Below, piece by piece: positions 24,268 to 36,144 of a stretch of 64,000 nucleotides of DNA. Below the pieces are notes generated by a model. It was not told the DNA's origin and did no database searches. It was given only the letters and a program-made list of their open reading frames with translations. This DNA is from Macrostomum lignano (taxonomy: Eukaryota): NCBI GenBank assembly GCA_002269645.1, contig NIVC01003350.1:1-64000 (forward strand), in the 5' to 3' direction. Each line of letters opens with the position of its first letter. Position 1 is the first letter of the stretch. The position numbers were made by a program, and so were the translations under genes.

Positions 24268-26090
24268 ATCGGAGCTGTGAATGTGTTAGACACTCCGTGA
24301 ACTAGCTGCCTGTTAGAGATCGGAGCTGTGAATGTGTTAGACACTCAGTGAACTAGCTGCCTGTTAGAGATCGGAGCTGTGAATGTGTTAGACACTCCGT
24401 GAACTGGCTGCTAGAGATCGGAACTGTGAATGTGTTAGACACTCAGTGTGAACTGTTAGAGATCGGAGCTGTGAATGTGTTAGACACTCAGTGAACTATC
24501 GGCCTGTTAGAGATCGGAGCTGTGAATGTGTTAGACACTCAGTGAACTAGCAGCCTGTTAGAGATCGGAGCTGTGAATGTGTTAGACACTCAGTGAACTA
24601 TCGGCCTGTTAGAGATCGGAGCTGTGAATGTGTTAGACACTCAGTGAACTAGCAGCCTGTTAGAGATCGGAGCTGTGAATGTGTTAGACACTCAGTGAAC
24701 TAGCGGCCTGTTAGAGATCGGAGCTGTGAATGTGTTAGACACTCAGTGAACTAGCAGTCTGTTAGAGATCGGAGCTGTGAATGTGTTAGACACTCAGTGA
24801 ACTTGTGGCCTGTTAGAGATCGGACCTGTGAATGTGTTAGACACTCAGTGAACTAGCAGCCTGTTAGAGATCGGAGCTGTGAATGTGTTAGACACTCAGT
24901 GAACTAGCTGCCTGTTAGAGATCGGAGCTGTGAATGTGTTAGACACTCCGTGAACTGGCTGCTAGAGATCGGAACTGTGAATGTGTTAGACACTCAGTGT
25001 GAACTGTTAGAGATCGGAGCTGTGAATGTGTTAGACACTCAGTGAACTATCGGCCTGTTAGAGATCGGAGCTGTGAATGTGTTAGACACTCAGTGAACTA
25101 GCAGCCTGTTAGAGATCGGAGCTGTGAATGTGTTAGACACTCAGTGAACTAGCAGCCTGTTAGAGATCGGAGCTGTGAATGTGTTAGACACTCAGTGAAC
25201 TTGTGGCCTGTTAGAGATCGGAGCTGTGAATGTGTTAGACACTCAGTGAACTAGCAGCCTGTTAGAGATCGGAGCTGTGAATGTGTTAGACACTCAGTGA
25301 ACTAGCAGCCTGTTAGAGATCGGACCTGTGAATGTGTTAGACACTCAGTGAACTAGCAGCCTGTTAGAGATCGGAGCTGTGAATGTGTTAGACACTCAGT
25401 GAACTTGTGGCCTGTTAGAGATCGGAGCTGTGAATGTGTTAGACACTCAGTGAACTAGCAGCCTGTTAGAGATCGGAGCTGTGAATGTGTTAGACACTCA
25501 GTGAACTAGCAGCCTGTTAGAGATCGGAGCTGTGAATGTGTTAGACACTCAGTGAACTAGCAGCCTGTTAGAGATCGGAGCTGTGAATGTGTTAGACACT
25601 CAGTGAACTTGTGGCCTGTTAGAGATCGGAGCTGTGAATGTGTTAGACACTCAGTGAACTTGTGGCCTGTTAGAGATCGGAGCTGTGAATGTGTTAGACA
25701 CTTAGTGAACTAGCGGCCTGTTAGAGATCGGACCTGTGAATGTGTTAGACACTCAGTGAACTAGCAGCCTGTTAGAGATCGGAGCTGTGAATGTGTTAGA
25801 CACTCAGTGAACTAGCGGCCTGTTAGAGATCGGAGCTGTGAATGTGTTAGACACTCAGTGAACTAGCGGCCTGTTAGAGATCGGAGCTGTGAATGTGTTA
25901 GACACTCAGTGAACTAGCGGCCTGTTAGAGATCGGACCTGTGAATGTGTTAGACACTCAGTGAACTAGCGGCCTGTTAGAGATCGGAGCTGTGAATGTGT
26001 TAGACACTCAGTGAACTAGCAGCCTGTTAGAGATCGGACCTGTGAATGTGTTAGACACTCAGTGAACTAGCGGCCTGTTAGAGATCGGGG
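24268..26090. repeat. 51-bp minisatellite, about 36 copies, with a short variable cassette
   Basis: Unit GGAGCTGTGAATGTGTTAGACACTCAGTGAA-[CTAGCAGC/CTAGCGGC/CTTGTGGC/CTATCGGC]-CTGTTAGAGATC. Confidence 0.95.
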
Positions 26091-26585
26091 CCGCAAGTTT
26101 TAACCGAGTTCAATGACAGTTTGCTGCTAATTTTAGCAAGCGTGCCTAATTAAATATCTTATTATTTGAGTCTACTAAACTGAATGAGAACCAAGATAAA
26201 AGGTACTCATTGTGCTGGTGTGGGTACTCGTTCTCAGTTGGAATTAGTTTGTTCTCAGGTAAATTTATTACAGCTGCTGTGTGCAAGGTAGAAAACTAGA
26301 TTTAGCATTTTGTCTCGGAGACAAAGGGCTTGTCTGGGGCCTGGCAGGACTCCCACTGCTAACACTGCATCACTGCCAAGGCTAAATGAAAGCAGAGCAT
26401 TTCCCAGACTCACACTGTTGATGGCGCAGTACTCGTATTCGTGTGCAATGAAACTTATTTTCTCGCGAAATTAATTTGATAAATTAAACCGAACAGTAAG
26501 AGGCTCGAGGGCTTCTTCTCAAGCCGTCTCTCACGTGTTTCCGACCTTGGCAAAGGCAATGTGCGGAGCGGATCGGGCGTATATC

Positions 26586-26591
26586 TATAAA
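26586..26591 (+). promoter_or_regulatory. TATA box of the small secreted peptide gene
   Basis: TATAAA lies 67 bp upstream of the ATG at 26653. Confidence 0.6.
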
Positions 26592-26652
26592 TAAGCTGGC
26601 GTGAACAGCTCGAGTGTTGGAGATCGCAACCAGCTGCACTACACGAGTCACA

Positions 26653-26889
26653 ATGAAGCTCCGGTTTTGTCTCGCAATGCTGACTGCCTCGGCTTTGCTG
26701 CTGCTGGCGCTGCTGCCGGCGGGCGCCAACGGCGAGGCCGAGCGACCGGACGATGATGAGGCCGACGGGCCGCTGGCCGACCTGGAGGAGCCGAGCAGCT
26801 CGGAGCTCGAGGAGGAGCTCGCCGCCCAGCAGAAATGGTTCGTCCGCTGGCGCAGGAGGAGGTGGAGGTTTCGCTTCTTCCGCGGCTGA
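26653..26889 (+). CDS. 78-aa prepro-peptide: signal peptide, acidic pro-region and cationic Arg/Trp/Phe-rich C-terminal peptide ending in Gly (antimicrobial peptide candidate)
   Basis: MKLRFCLAMLTASALLLLALLPAGANG / EAERPDDDEADGPLADLEEPSSSELEEELAAQQK / WFVRWRRRRWRFRFFR-G*. GC-rich codon usage like the neighbouring genes, with a TATA box upstream and AATAAA downstream. Confidence 0.8.
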   Translation: MKLRFCLAMLTASALLLLALLPAGANGEAERPDDDEADGPLADLEEPSSSELEEELAAQQKWFVRWRRRRWRFRFFRG

Positions 26890-26968
26890 AGGTTGTCGAA
26901 TCGATAGACTATTGCTTCTGTATGAAACTCCCCGCTGCGTTTACAGCTGCTTCTTCATGCTGCCATTA

Positions 26969-26974
26969 AATAAA
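26969..26974 (+). terminator. Polyadenylation signal AATAAA
   Basis: 80 bp downstream of the stop codon at 26889. Confidence 0.55.
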
Positions 26975-27070
26975 ACTTTTTATATGAAGCCCTCGACAGT
27001 ATCTTCTCGACTTTCACGGCATTTCTTTTAGTCTCTTGTAATAACTTTCGATCAATCATCGCCGATTGAA

Positions 27071-27330
27071 GGGGCTGCAGCCCAGTGGTTGGAGCGTCGG
27101 ACTCGCGACTGAAAGGTCGGGAGTTCGATTCTCGACCTATTCGGAACAATTTGTGTCCTTAAACAAGACACTTAACTCTGCATTGCTTCAGTCCACGCAG
27201 CTGTAAAATGGGTGCCAGCATTAGCTGGGGTAATTGAGGGTGTGTGTGGCGACCCCCCAGTCCTTGGACCGAACAGCCGTACGCAGCCTTCAGATGCGGC
27301 ACGCAATAGCTGCGGCTGAGCTGTCGGTTG
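27071..27330 (+). mobile_element. tRNA-derived CORE-type (MIR-like) SINE
   Basis: A-box AGCCCAGTGG and B-box GAGTTCGATTC are followed by TTGTGTCCTTAAACAAGACACTTAACTCTGCATTGCTTCAGTCCACGCAGCTGTAAAATGGG, which follows the CORE consensus (..GCAAG.CACTTAAC....CTCAG.....CTGTAAAATGGG). Confidence 0.75.
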
Positions 27331-27860
27331 CCAATCTGATCATCAATTATTATTACATGTATAATCCACTGATTTAATCCACTAAGTTTTAATCCACTGA
27401 TGAAGGGCTGACAAAGTTGACTTGAACGGGGAAGCCTGTCCTGATATTGTTCCGGACCTTTTCAGTGAGTTCACATTCCAGACAGTTGAGATGTTCGCAG
27501 CTGGTGTTGTTTCAGGCGCCTTTTAGTTGTTTCACAGAATTTGAACTGCTCAAAACAGATGGTTTAATATTTCAGGATGGCTGTCCTCCATCTAAAGCTC
27601 AGCTTAATGCGTCTATTGTTATTATATAACGAATGTTTTCTCGAATGTCATAACGGTAGAAACATAGCCGTAATTTAGTCGGAAGTCGTGACTAAGTGAG
27701 CTTCGGAACTGCAGCAGCGTCAAAGCGACTTCGAGGCAGCCCAAAGAGGGCTTCTGTTGAAATTAAAGTCAGAATGTCTAGCAATGCCTCGTACGCGCGT
27801 AAGTCTGAATGCGACATCCTTGGTGTCAATATTGGAGCAGAAGAAACGGAACTTCTAAGG

Positions 27861-28223
27861 GGGGCCGTAGCCCAGCGGTAGCGCAGCTGCTCTGGTGTGC
27901 CAGCGACCCAGGCTCGATTCCAAGTGCAGTCACATTAATTTGGGGCTGAATTGGAATCTCGGCTTGGCTCTGCTCGTGCAATTAACGGCCTTGAGAGCCA
28001 ACCCCCAAGGCGCAGTGAAGTGTACATGCCTAACGATAAAATAAAGTTAGGGCCGCTGTACACTCCTGTGTGAGTGTGTGCCTGCGTACGTATCCGCGCG
28101 CTTGTATGCCTGCTCAGGGGAGTTGGCGGAATGGGCAGCAATGCCTCTCGCCGGTTGTGTGCCTGTGTCGCTTAAAGTGCGCCAGGGTGCACACAACCCC
28201 CTGCCTCTAATAAAAAATAAAAA
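27861..28223 (+). mobile_element. tRNA-derived SINE, family A copy 2
   Basis: GGGGCCGTAGCCCAGCGGTAGCG...GGCTCGATTCC head, body homologous to 7305-7642, A-rich tail. Confidence 0.88.
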
Positions 28224-28996
28224 ACGGAACTTCTGGCACAACCCCTGGTGTGAGAGAGAATAGAAGTCGGATGTGAGCTATGGAGGGCGGTGGGACTTTG
28301 AGAAGCCACACTCAAGGTTGGAACCAAGCAACTCAGCGATAAACGCGTGTGACTCTCGCGTCACAACCGTCAGTTTCGATTCGGTTTGCGGCGACATTCA
28401 TTTGGGGCTGGTTAGCACGGAAATTAGCCGGGCGATTCGCGGCCATAAGGTGGCCAAGCCCCAAGGCACAGATCGAGTGTGCATGCCTATGGTGATGACA
28501 AGATCTGGGCTGCATTACAACCTGTGAGAGCGTGTGAACGTATGAGGGCGTTGTACGTTGCACCAGGTCTCACAAGACAGCAAAAGTCAAATCTAATGAC
28601 CCAATTCACAGTTTTTCTTTGCTTACTGGGCCGAGGACCATTGAATCGTTTTTCTAATATATTAAAAAAATTGTTTTTTAAAGCTAATTTTAAGAAAATC
28701 GGCAGGACGGTTGTCAAAAAATCAATGACAGACAGAAAAACAGCGCAAAACTAGTATATAGACTTGCAGGAGTAGAGCTGCATCTAAGCCCGATTCAAAT
28801 CAAGAATTCCAATCAAAACATTCTCGTGATCTTGATTGACTTGGCAAAAAACATAAATTATCCAGTGGAATCTGTCTCTGGTGCAGCACCCTGACACAAG
28901 GCTTGCACTGTAATCATGCACTGCCAGATGCTACCTTTCCCACACTTGCTTGACATCGATAAGTTGTCAATTTTCTCGCAGCATTTTATGAGCGTC

Positions 28997-30311
28997 TCAA
29001 TTATATTCTGTAAATGTACGCAGCACTGAGCCCAGCAACGGAGTCAGTAGGAGCAGTAGCAGTAGCCATTGGTCAGAGCCATATTGCTTGAACAGCAAAT
29101 GCAAATTCAAATCAAACACGGAATAAGCGGCGCACTTACTGATACAGCAGTTCTGACAAACCAGCCAACTTATTAAAAAATATCAAGAATTATGAAATCT
29201 TACCTTAGCTCTACCTGATAGCCACATCATCTTGGGAATTTCTGAAGCGAAATGAAACCACTAAGAGCGCTCACCCATCAGCTGGAAGAAGCGAATCTCG
29301 CAGATGGTCAGGACCACTCCTGTCAGGGTCTGAACCCGCAGCACCCTGCCGCTGAGACCGCAGCTCACATTGAAGACGGACTCGGGAGTCTCTGTGGAGT
29401 AGCTGGCGCACTGAACTCCATCCATCAGCAGCTGGAAGTTCGCCAGCCTCTCCGGGCAGCAGTCGGCTCGATTCCACAGGGTGACGAAGTCGACTCGAGC
29501 TGGGGAGCCGAGCTCGGCCTGCCACCAGGCTGCCGTGTCTGAGCTGTTGGTAGCTGAGCAGCTGTCAGAGTTCCAGTACTGCGCTGTGCTGCCGTCGATG
29601 GCCCTGTCGCAGCTGGTGAAGTGAAAGGTGGAACTCTGATTGCAGGAGACAGGCGTCAGCAGCCTCACGGGAGCCTGGGTCATCGGCTGCATCCTGAAAT
29701 ATGAGAAATTTGTGTTTTTAGCTAGTACTAGCAAGCAGCGCCCTCCCCCCCCTGCAACAAAGAATTGAATATAAGCTTATGAACAAACTACATCTCAGCA
29801 ACCCCCCCCCGAAAGCTTTGACTTCTCAACAATTTCTCAAAAGAATCTTTTGCTGGACATGACGCTTCTTTTCGACATGACGCTTTTATGCTTGACATGG
29901 TGCTTCATTTATGTTTGACATGATGTTTCATTTATGTTTGACATGATGTTTCATCTATGTTTGACATGATGTTTCATCTATGTTTGACATGATGTTTCAT
30001 CTATGTTTGACATGATGTTTCATCTATGTTTGACATGATGTTTCATCTATGTTTGACATGATGTTTCATCTATGTTTGACATGATGTTTCATCTATGTTT
30101 GACATGATGTTTTATCTATGTTTGACATAACGCATTTTCGAGATGACGCTTTTTATGGAGTTTATGTGCATCCTGAGGGCTCTGTGAAAACGAGGATGCT
30201 TGATATTCCACCATCGACGCACGGCTACAACTCAGCAAGCAACTCTGGCCCGCACTCCTTCGGAACTCACCAAACAGCCGCGAATAATAGGGCTATCAAC
30301 ATTGAATTCAT
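28997..30311 (-). CDS. F-type lectin (fucolectin/FTP domain) gene 1, with signal peptide and hydrophobic, possibly GPI-type C-terminus
   Basis: Exons 30311-30271 (MNSMLIALLFAAVW), 29693-29275 ([33 protein letters not shown]), a putative 11-nt micro-exon 29214-29204, and 29086-28997 (QYGSDQWLLLLLLLTPLLGSVL..*). Phases are consistent. The last two exons are less certain. Confidence 0.85.
29870..30135. repeat. 23-bp minisatellite (ATGTTTGACATGATGTTTCATCT)n in lectin gene 1 intron 1
   Basis: Tandem copies are visible. Confidence 0.93.
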
Positions 30312-30329
30312 GCGATTTTAGATGATCTG

Positions 30330-30507
30330 ATCTAAAAAATCCTGCGAGACAGCATACAGCCAAATGAGCTGTGCAGTGAGTAAATGATCCCCTATAATGC
30401 AGGAGATGAGCCACTTCGCCGGTGCTGATTGGTCCGGGCGCTCGAGGTTCGGAAAGTCAAGGGAAAGAGCTTGTAGTTTTGAATTTTGCTTTGCTACTAA
30501 TGAGTAG
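30330..30507 (-). promoter_or_regulatory. Conserved promoter block of lectin gene 1 (homologous to 37530-37688)
   Basis: Shared gatgagccactt, gctgattggtccggg (CCAAT on the minus strand), agcttgtagttt and ttgctac..atgagtag with the upstream region of lectin gene 2. Confidence 0.6.
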
Positions 30508-30519
30508 TAATAGTATCAG

Positions 30520-31072
30520 AGTGTCACTGGTCACTGTTGTTGAGTGTCACTGGTTAAAAATGAGTGTCACCGGCTCAAACTGAGTGTCACTGGCTCAAAC
30601 TGAGTGTCACTGACTAAAAATGTGTGTCACTCGCTCACAATGAGTATCCCTTTCTCGAAATGAGTGTCACTGGCTAAAAATGAGTGTTACTGGCTCACAA
30701 TGAGTATCACTTGCTTGAAATGAGTGTCACTGGCTCAAAATGAGTGTCACTGGCTCAAAATGAGTGTTACTGGCTCACAATGAGTATCACTTGCTTGAAA
30801 TGAGTGTCACTGGCTCAAAATGAGTGTCACTTGCTTGAAATGAGTGTTACTGGCTCACAATGAGTGTCACTGGCTCAAAATGAGTATCACTTGCTTGAAA
30901 TGAGTGTCACTGGCTCAAAATGAGTGTCACTGGCTCAAAATGAGTGTTACTGGCTCACAATGAGTATCACTTGCTTGAAATGAGTGTCACTGGCTCAAAA
31001 TGAGTGTCACTGGCTCAAAATGAGTGTCACTAGCTCACAATGAGTGTCACTGGCTCACAATGAGTATCACTT
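30520..31072. repeat. 20-bp minisatellite (AAATGAGTGTCACTGGCTCA)n
   Basis: Tandem copies with recurring variant units. Confidence 0.93.
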
Positions 31073-31734
31073 GCGACACCTTCAAGTGAGCGGAGATGGC
31101 AGCCCTGGCAGCGATCAACGCGGTGACGGTGGCGGACCCGCTGCTCATGTTGGTGATTCTGCGTCACGGCGTTCCCTAAGAGCTTATTCAATTTTAACTG
31201 AAATCGGACAATCAAATAAATTGTCAATACAATGTGACTATTGCGTCCCACAGAATAAAAGCAGAATGCTCCATTACGCATTTTGAGAAATTTTCTAGCC
31301 ACAAGAATGAACTACTTTCTACGCTAGCTAATTGTGAAAAATTAAGTAGGCTGGATGGCACTTAACAATTTTTTTGCAATTTTTTCCGGCTTGTCCCTCC
31401 CTGACGGCTATGGTGGCGAGTCGAGACTTTCGGATGTCTATTTGTCTCTGGTCAGCAGTGCTCAACATTCAAGCACTAAGAGAGATGGCTTCATATGCAA
31501 AACCGAAGGGCAGACGAAGGGTCCTTTCCAGTGTGCCCGAACAAGAACAGGGAGTGGCATGCTCTGCTAAAATACATACCTATGGTAAGCAGCGGCTCGT
31601 TAGCGAGCAAGTGACCATATACCTCGACATAGACAAGGTTTAAATCTATATAGTTACTTAATACTTATGCGCCACCCGGTATGTGGTTATAGATTAAAAC
31701 ACGGGCAAGCCGGTAGAAAGTAGAAAGCCGGTAG

Positions 31735-32023
31735 TAGGCAGGGTGTATGAGCAATGCTGAGGCGTGACGTGAGGCAGGGTGTATGAGCAATGCTGAGGCG
31801 TGACGTGAGGCAGGGTGTATGAGCACTGCTGAGGCGTGACGTGAGGCAGGGTGTATGAGCACTGCTGAGGCGTGACGTGAGGCAGGGTGTATGAGCACTG
31901 CTGAGGCGTGACGTGAGGCAGGGTGTATGAGCACTGCTGAGGCGTGACGTGAGGCAGGGTGTATGAGCACTGCTGAGGCGTGACGTGAGGCAGGGTGCAT
32001 GAGCACTGCTGAGGCGTGACGTG
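31735..32023. repeat. 36-bp minisatellite (GAGGCAGGGTGTATGAGCACTGCTGAGGCGTGACGT)n
   Basis: About 8 copies; gives the PASRHASAVLIH pseudo-ORF. Confidence 0.93.
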
Positions 32024-33319
32024 AAACCGGAGCAAGCGACTGAAACAGAAATTTCACCCCAGGTCCTGTAGAGAACAGCATTTCCTGCATAAGGAGGAAA
32101 ATTGCATGAGGAGAAGAGGCGGCTTCAACAATTGTCCTGAGTACAGACAGGCAGCTGCAGCTTTTAGATCGATAATTGTCAACCATGCAGCTTCTTGGCA
32201 GTAGCTTCAGCCGTAAGAACTGCGCTGCTGAAAATGGTAAAAATCTGCTTCAGTCTCTCCTTGAGTTGCCTGCTGCTTGCAAGCTTACTTTTTCTGCTGA
32301 AGAGGCTAATCTTTTGCTAAGTGAAGTTAGTGCTGCAGTCGCTCACACTGATGAGGCACAAGAGGAGATGCGCAGTGGGGATGCAGTGGAGGCTGAGTAA
32401 CATTTGCACTCTCAGTTCTCACTCGTGACTTCGCTCGAGTTGAAGTCGCACATTTAGGCCTTTTATTCGACCGCGATTGCATCATTAGTGCAAGAGTCAA
32501 AAGAGAATTGCTCAAAGCAGCAGGATGTTTGTAGTGCATGTGCCCTTGTCTTTTTGGCAGGGCGCGATGCACTTTAGGACTCGCTGAGGGGGGGGGGTTG
32601 GCGTTCGTGGCAAGGTTCGTTTGGCCGCTGGGCTTTGTGCGCACCCCTCCCCAACCGTGCGCCCTGCCCCATGCTCTGAGTTGGTTGGCTGCGGCCGGGC
32701 CGGCTTTGGCGCCGGCGCTGCACCCCTCCCCCAGGCGGGGTTTTGATTGGCTGGCCGGTGCGGGTCTCTATTTTTGTCGGCTTAGCCGGTGGGGCCGGGC
32801 CGTCTGCCCTCAGGCCTGACTTGATATTTATACTTTTTTTGCACGCCCCCTTGTTGCATGTTCCTTCTTGCGCCCGCCTTTTTGTGACGCCGCACGACTC
32901 ACAGCGGTCTGAGAAAGTCTCAGAGACAGATTCGGTTAAGAGTAAGCAGCCGAAAAGCTTTAAAATTTAACCCCGAGACCGGGCCAGAGAAGTAAATTGT
33001 AGACCGCTAAATCCACCAGCGAGCAAGACCGCCCCGTGTCCTGGTAAGTTATTGCCACCGGTGCGAACTCAAATAAAAGCGCGTTCGGTAACTCAGCCAC
33101 TGGTAGCCGCCTGCTTTGAGTATTCACTCTTTTCTGGGAAGCTTGATAGGCTACGCTCTTACAGTAACTTCTTTCCAGAGCGTCATAACGCCAGGAGAGC
33201 ATATGTACTTTTATTGTACTTATACTGTACCACTGTATAAGCACCAGAGTGTCGCAGCACCTCTGGGAGCAACGCGAGTTCTGAGCGTCATCACGCCAAA
33301 ACAAGCTTACTCATACCCA

Positions 33320-34457
33320 GAGCGTCACAACGCCTGTCAGTAGCAGTATCGCATTGGCAGAGCGTCACAATGCCTGTCAGTAGCAGTATCGCATTGGCAG
33401 AGCGTCACAACGCCTGTCAGTAGCAGTATCGCATTGGCAGAGCGTCACAACGCCTGTCAGTAGCAGTATCGCATTGGCAGAGCGTCACAACGCCTGTCAG
33501 TAGCAGTATCGCATTGGCAGAGCGTCACAATGCCTGTCAGTAGCAGTATCGCATTGGCAGAGCGTCACAATGCCTGTCAGTAGCAGTATCGCATTGGCAG
33601 AGCGTCACAATGCCCGTCAGTAGCAGTATCGCATTGGCAGAGCGTCACAATGCCTGTCAGTAGCAGTATCGCATTGGCAGAGCGTCACAATGCCTGTCAG
33701 TAGCAGTATCGCATTGGCAGAGCGTCACAATGCCTGTCAGTAGCAGTATCGCATTGGCAGAGCGTCACAACGCCTGTCAGTAGCAGTATCGCATTGGCAG
33801 AGCGTCACAATGCCTGTCAGTAGCAGTATCGCATTGGCAGAGCGTCACAATGCCTGTCAGTAGCAGTATCGCATTGGCAGAGCGTCACAACGCCTGTCAG
33901 TAGCAGTATCGCATTGGCAGAGCGTCACAATGCCCGTCAGTAGCAGTATCGCATTGGCAGAGCGTCACAATGCCTGTCAGTAGCAGTATCGCATTGGCAG
34001 AGCGTCACAATGCCTGTCAGTAGCAGTATCGCATTGGCAGAGCGTCACAATGCCTGTCAGTAGCAGTATCGCATTGGCAGAGCGTCACAACGCCTGTCAG
34101 TAGCAGTATCGCATTGGCAGAGCGTCACAATGCCTGTCAGTAGCAGTATCGCATTGGCAGAGCGTCACAATGCCTGTCAGTAGCAGTATCGCATTGGCAG
34201 AGCGTCACAACGCCTGTCAGTAGCAGTATCGCATTGGCAGAGCGTCACAATGCCTGTCAGTAGCAGTATCGCATTGGCAGAGCGTCACAATGCCTGTCAG
34301 TAGCAGTATCGCATTGGCAGAGCGTCACAATGCCTGTCAGTAGCAGTATCGCATTGGCAGAGCGTCACAATGCCTGTCAGTAGCAGTATCGCATTGGCAG
34401 AGCGTCACAATGCCTGTCAGTAGCAGTGTCGCATTGGCAGAGCGTCACAATGCCTGC
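33320..34457. repeat. 40-bp minisatellite (GAGCGTCACAATGCCTGTCAGTAGCAGTATCGCATTGGCA)n, about 28 copies
   Basis: Near-perfect tandem array. Confidence 0.97.
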
Positions 34458-35290
34458 TGGTACCACTTAGAGTACTTAGGCTGGGCACCCGAACCTACTC
34501 GGGTGACTACAAGTTTGTTTTGTTTTTTGGCCATTTTCATTGCATATTTCCACTACATTGACTTCTACCAGCGCTCCTTGAAATGCTTTTTTCATTACTA
34601 TGCGAGCCAGGCTGTCCGTCTTACTATGGGCGTCTATTTGTAGTTTGAATTTTTTAAATTTCAATATGTGCAGAAAAAGTCTTATAATTTCAATGGCTCT
34701 TCTGTTCAACTGCAAGTTTCGATCGCAAGTCGCCAAGCCTCAACTCCGCAGCCTTCTTTTAAATTTATAATAAAACTGCCTCAGTAACCAATAGCAATCG
34801 TAGCAAAAGAGTTCGAATGGCTAGAAAGTATGGGAATTATATTTGATGAGAAAGTTTGGACGCCTGCAAGCCAGTTTCATGATCGGACCCGGCTGTCGTG
34901 CATCCTTCGGCAGCTCCACCAGTGTTGCAGCTGTATCGCTGTCGCAGATCTTGGGAGCTGATCTCAGCAGTTTTCGTGGGAACCCGAAGTTCTTAGTGCA
35001 AGCCAATTTCAGCCGGCTGAACTTTTCTAACTTTCACTTGTGCAAACAATTAAGCGTGGGAAGCACAATGAACTCCTGCTGAACTGGTCTTGCTGTCCTG
35101 GGCTGATCGGCTGATTGCTGATGTGCGTACTGCTGAGATCGTTGATGCTGCTGCTGCTGATGGTGCGAGCCGAGCAAGGTTGGGTGTCTCAGACAAAGGC
35201 TAGCGTCCGCAACGTTGGGGCCTGCTTCTTAACTTTGGTCCCCTCGCTCCAGGCTCACATTGGATCCTCTCGTTGCCGTCCAGCCTCGGC

Positions 35291-35557
35291 TAGGTGACAC
35301 GACCAGGTGACACGACCAGGTGACACGACCAGGTAACACGACCAGGTGACACGACCAGGTGACAGGACCAGGTGACACGACTAGGTGACACGACCAGGTG
35401 ACACGACCAGGTGACACGACCAGGTGACACGACCAGGTGACACGACCAGGTGACACGACCAGGTGACACGTCCAGGTGACACGACCAGGTGACACGTCCA
35501 GGTGACAGGTCCAGATGACACGACCAGGTGACACGTACAGGTGACACGTCCAGGTGT
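35291..35557. repeat. 13-bp minisatellite (GTGACACGACCAG)n
   Basis: About 20 copies. Confidence 0.93.
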
Positions 35558-36144
35558 CCTAGCCTATCCCCGTTCCTAAACTCATGAGCATGTTCTTATG
35601 GCTCATACTTATTAATGCAGAGAATTGAGAATTCTCGTAAATTTCACGCGTACGAGCGTACCACTTAGAAAGCTTACTAGAAGGCTAAGCAAATTTATAT
35701 TTTCTACAGTGTCGCGGTAGTCTCTTTGTATTTTACTCGTCAATTGAGTAGTGTAGCAGATCGCAACCGAGATTGTACGCGGCATTCACCTAAATAGACA
35801 CAGCGCCGTGGGGTGGAGGGATATAGAGGATAGGGAATTGTTAGACGGTGAGAGAGGACTCAAAGTCCTACACTTCTGATCTGCACCCATCAGCACGCGG
35901 GGGATGTTGAGTATCATAGGCTAACGCAGACAGTGGTAAAAAACAAAAGCAATGATCCTCATAAAAATGAGAGAAGCAGATCAAAGTCAAGACAAAAAAC
36001 AGTGTTTGACAGACCGAATTCACTTGCCGATCTGCCTTTAGACCGGAACTACAGGTGTAACAGCCACTAGGGGAGACTGAGAAAGAAGCATTTGAGCTGC
36101 TGACTCCACTGACGGGCACGCACAATGCAGCATAATTAAGTTGC

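Noticed and set aside
24268-26090. CRISPR-like repeat/spacer appearance
   Set aside because: The variable part is only about 8 bp and recurs. There are no unique spacers or cas genes, and the context is eukaryotic.
27071-27145. tRNA genes at 27071, 27861 and 7642
   Set aside because: These are tRNA-like heads attached to SINE bodies and lack complete cloverleafs.
32176-32970. Several 70-105-aa ORFs in a GC-rich patch
   Set aside because: There are no motifs or convincing splice sites; this is probably an unclassified repeat.
34820-36130. GC-richer minus-strand segments as possible extra lectin exons
   Set aside because: I could not build a phase-consistent, stop-free continuation.
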